A stretch of DNA of 63,630 bases, the filler included, from Octopus bimaculoides (Eukaryota), in assembly GCF_001194135.2 (NCBI RefSeq). It is 9 parts of 8 records of this genome, joined end to end, with 100 filler letters (N's around TTAATTAATTAA, not from the genome) between each part and the next. Parts side by side here need not be neighbours in the genome. Positions count along the whole stretch, not along the records: positions 60,943 to 63,630 come from NC_069003.1; 8 more parts are not named here. One strand, written 5' to 3'. Position numbers and translations under genes: made by a program. The notes under the pieces are model-generated. The model had not been told where the DNA came from, searched no databases, and saw only the letters and a list, made by a program, of their open reading frames with translations. Positions 61,731 through 63,630 of this stretch are shown piece after piece (the first letter of the stretch is position 1; each line of letters starts with the position of its first letter).

Positions 61731-63184
61731 TGATACCGCAGCCTGTTAACATTACTCGATGGATAACGTTCAGACGACCCGACCGATGACACAGCGGGCT
61801 TCTTCAACACGACGTTAATTTCTTGAAAATGGGGTCATAAACCCGAAATATTGAATGCGAGGTAACTCTACATTAATCCATATATTTGTTCTCTTGTGAT
61901 TTGCTTTGCATTTACTTCGCATTGTTCCGGCCTTATNNNNNNNNNNNNNNNNNNNNNNNNNNNNNNNNNNNNNNNNNNNNNNNNNNNNNNNNNNNNNNNN
62001 NNNNNNNNNNNNNNNNNNNNNNNNNNNNNNNNNNNNNNNNNNNNNNNNNNNNNNNNNNNNNNNNNNNNNNNNNNNNNNNNNNNNNNNNNNNNNNNNNNNN
62101 NNNNNNNNNNNNNNNNNNNNNNNNNNNNNNNNNNNNNNNNNNNNNNNNNNNNNNNNNNNNNNNNNNNNNNNNNNNNNNNNNNNNNNNNNNNNNNNNNNNN
62201 NNNNNNNNNNNNNNNNNNNNNNNNNNNNNNNNNNNNNNNNNNNNNNNNNNNNNNNNNNNNNNNNNNNNNNNNNNNNNNNNNNNNNNNNNNNNNNNNNNNN
62301 NNNNNNNNNNNNNNNNNNNNNNNNNNNNNNNNNNNNNNNNNNNNNNNNNNNNNNNNNNNNNNNNNNNNNNNNNNNNNNNNNNNNNNNNNNNNNNNNNNNN
62401 NNNNNNNNNNNNNNNNNNNNNNNNNNNNNNNNNNNNNNNNNNNNNNNNNNNNNNNNNNNNNNNNNNNNNNNNNNNNNNNNNNNNNNNNNNNNNNNNNNNN
62501 NNNNNNNNNNNNNNNNNNNNNNNNNNNNNNNNNNNNNNNNNNNNNNNNNNNNNNNNNNNNNNNNNNNNNNNNNNNNNNNNNNNNNNNNNNNNNNNNNNNN
62601 NNNNNNNNNNNNNNNNNNNNNNNNNNNNNNNNNNNNNNNNNNNNNNNNNNNNNNNNNNNNNNNNNNNNNNNNNNNNNNNNNNNNNNNNNNNNNNNNNNNN
62701 NNNNNNNNNNNNNNNNNNNNNNNNNNNNNNNNNNNNNNNNNNNNNNNNNNNNNNNNNNNNNNNNNNNNNNNNNNNNNNNNNNNNNNNNNNNNNNNNNNNN
62801 NNNNNNNNNNNNNNNNNNNNNNNNNNNNNNNNNNNNNNNNNNNNNNNNNNNNNNNNNNNNNNNNNNNNNNNNNNNNNNNNNNNNNNNNNNNNNNNNNNNN
62901 NNNNNNNNNNNNNNNNNNNNNNNNNNNNCAGACATGTAAACAAATCGTTTGCATAATTACACACACACACACACACATTTATATATACACACACGGACAC
63001 ATACATACGTATGTGTACACCTACACATACATACATATATATATATATACATACATAAACATATATACATTCACACATACATGCATGCAATGCATACATA
63101 CACAAGCATACAGACATATATAATACACATATATGTGTGTGTGTATATATATATATATATAATACACCCATATGAAGAGAGAGA

Positions 63185-63222
<38 letters not shown>

Positions 63223-63630
63223 AAGAAAGAGAGAAAGAAAGAAAGAAAGAGCAATAAGTAAAATGTCAAAACGAGTTTTCTTTCTTATTTCTGATTTTTA
63301 ATCTTGGAACTATCCATGGAATCACGAGCAACATTATCGTCATTAAAACAGTAATATTAGCTGAATGATGACCACAACATCATCGCTAACATCACCCACC
63401 ACCACCACCACCACCACCACCACTAATACAATCACCATTACTAACAATAGCGGTACGACAGGGTAGTCGTAGCTGGAAAGCCTGCCATCGTATACTTGCT
63501 CAATCATGACATTACTAGAATGAGACAACTATGGCCTCTGCCGAGTGGTTTGAACAGGGATTATTATAGATACTAGCTGTAGACTAAATTCGAACCCGTG
63601 AACACTTCGTATCGCGTTTAACTGTAGCTT

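Noticed and set aside
3298-63269. Most ORF-track entries (poly-S/L/K/Y/I, HT/CV/YI repeats, X-runs)
   Set aside because: These are translations of microsatellites, SINEs and N gaps, not genes.
1-63630. CRISPR arrays, rRNA or prokaryotic operons
   Set aside because: No repeat-spacer arrays, rRNA-like sequence or dense ORF organisation; the window is eukaryotic.

Overview
Eukaryotic, AT-rich, repeat-dense window with many assembly gaps. The SINE families, microsatellite load and N-ttaattaattaa-N gap spacers suggest an Octopus genome (inference). The only recognisable host gene is the 5' part of a CCDC13-like coiled-coil/centriolar-satellite gene on the minus strand: four well-supported, phase-compatible exons at 49.1-56.4 kb and one tentative start exon at 59.1 kb. 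Its 3' exons were not found. The rest is a graveyard of mobile elements: CR1, Tx1/L1, R4/Dong-like, RTE and Penelope retroelement fragments, a Gypsy gag fragment, a decayed near-full-length hAT (Buster/Charlie) transposase, Tc1/mariner/Tigger relics and MITEs, and at least three tRNA-derived SINE families. The most interesting signal is a set of minimal type I hammerhead ribozyme motifs. Three have intact catalytic cores (31.5, 33.1 and 35.4 kb) and several more are degenerate or half copies. They are of the Penelope/retrozyme kind and are accompanied by DNA/RNA hairpins. Other leads are a 3' tail shared between CR1 and a SINE family, a phase-compatible but stop-interrupted plus-strand exon chain at 38.5-41.2 kb, and CpG decay domains that probably trace gene-body methylation. 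All structure and homology calls were made by eye, with no alignment or folding software.
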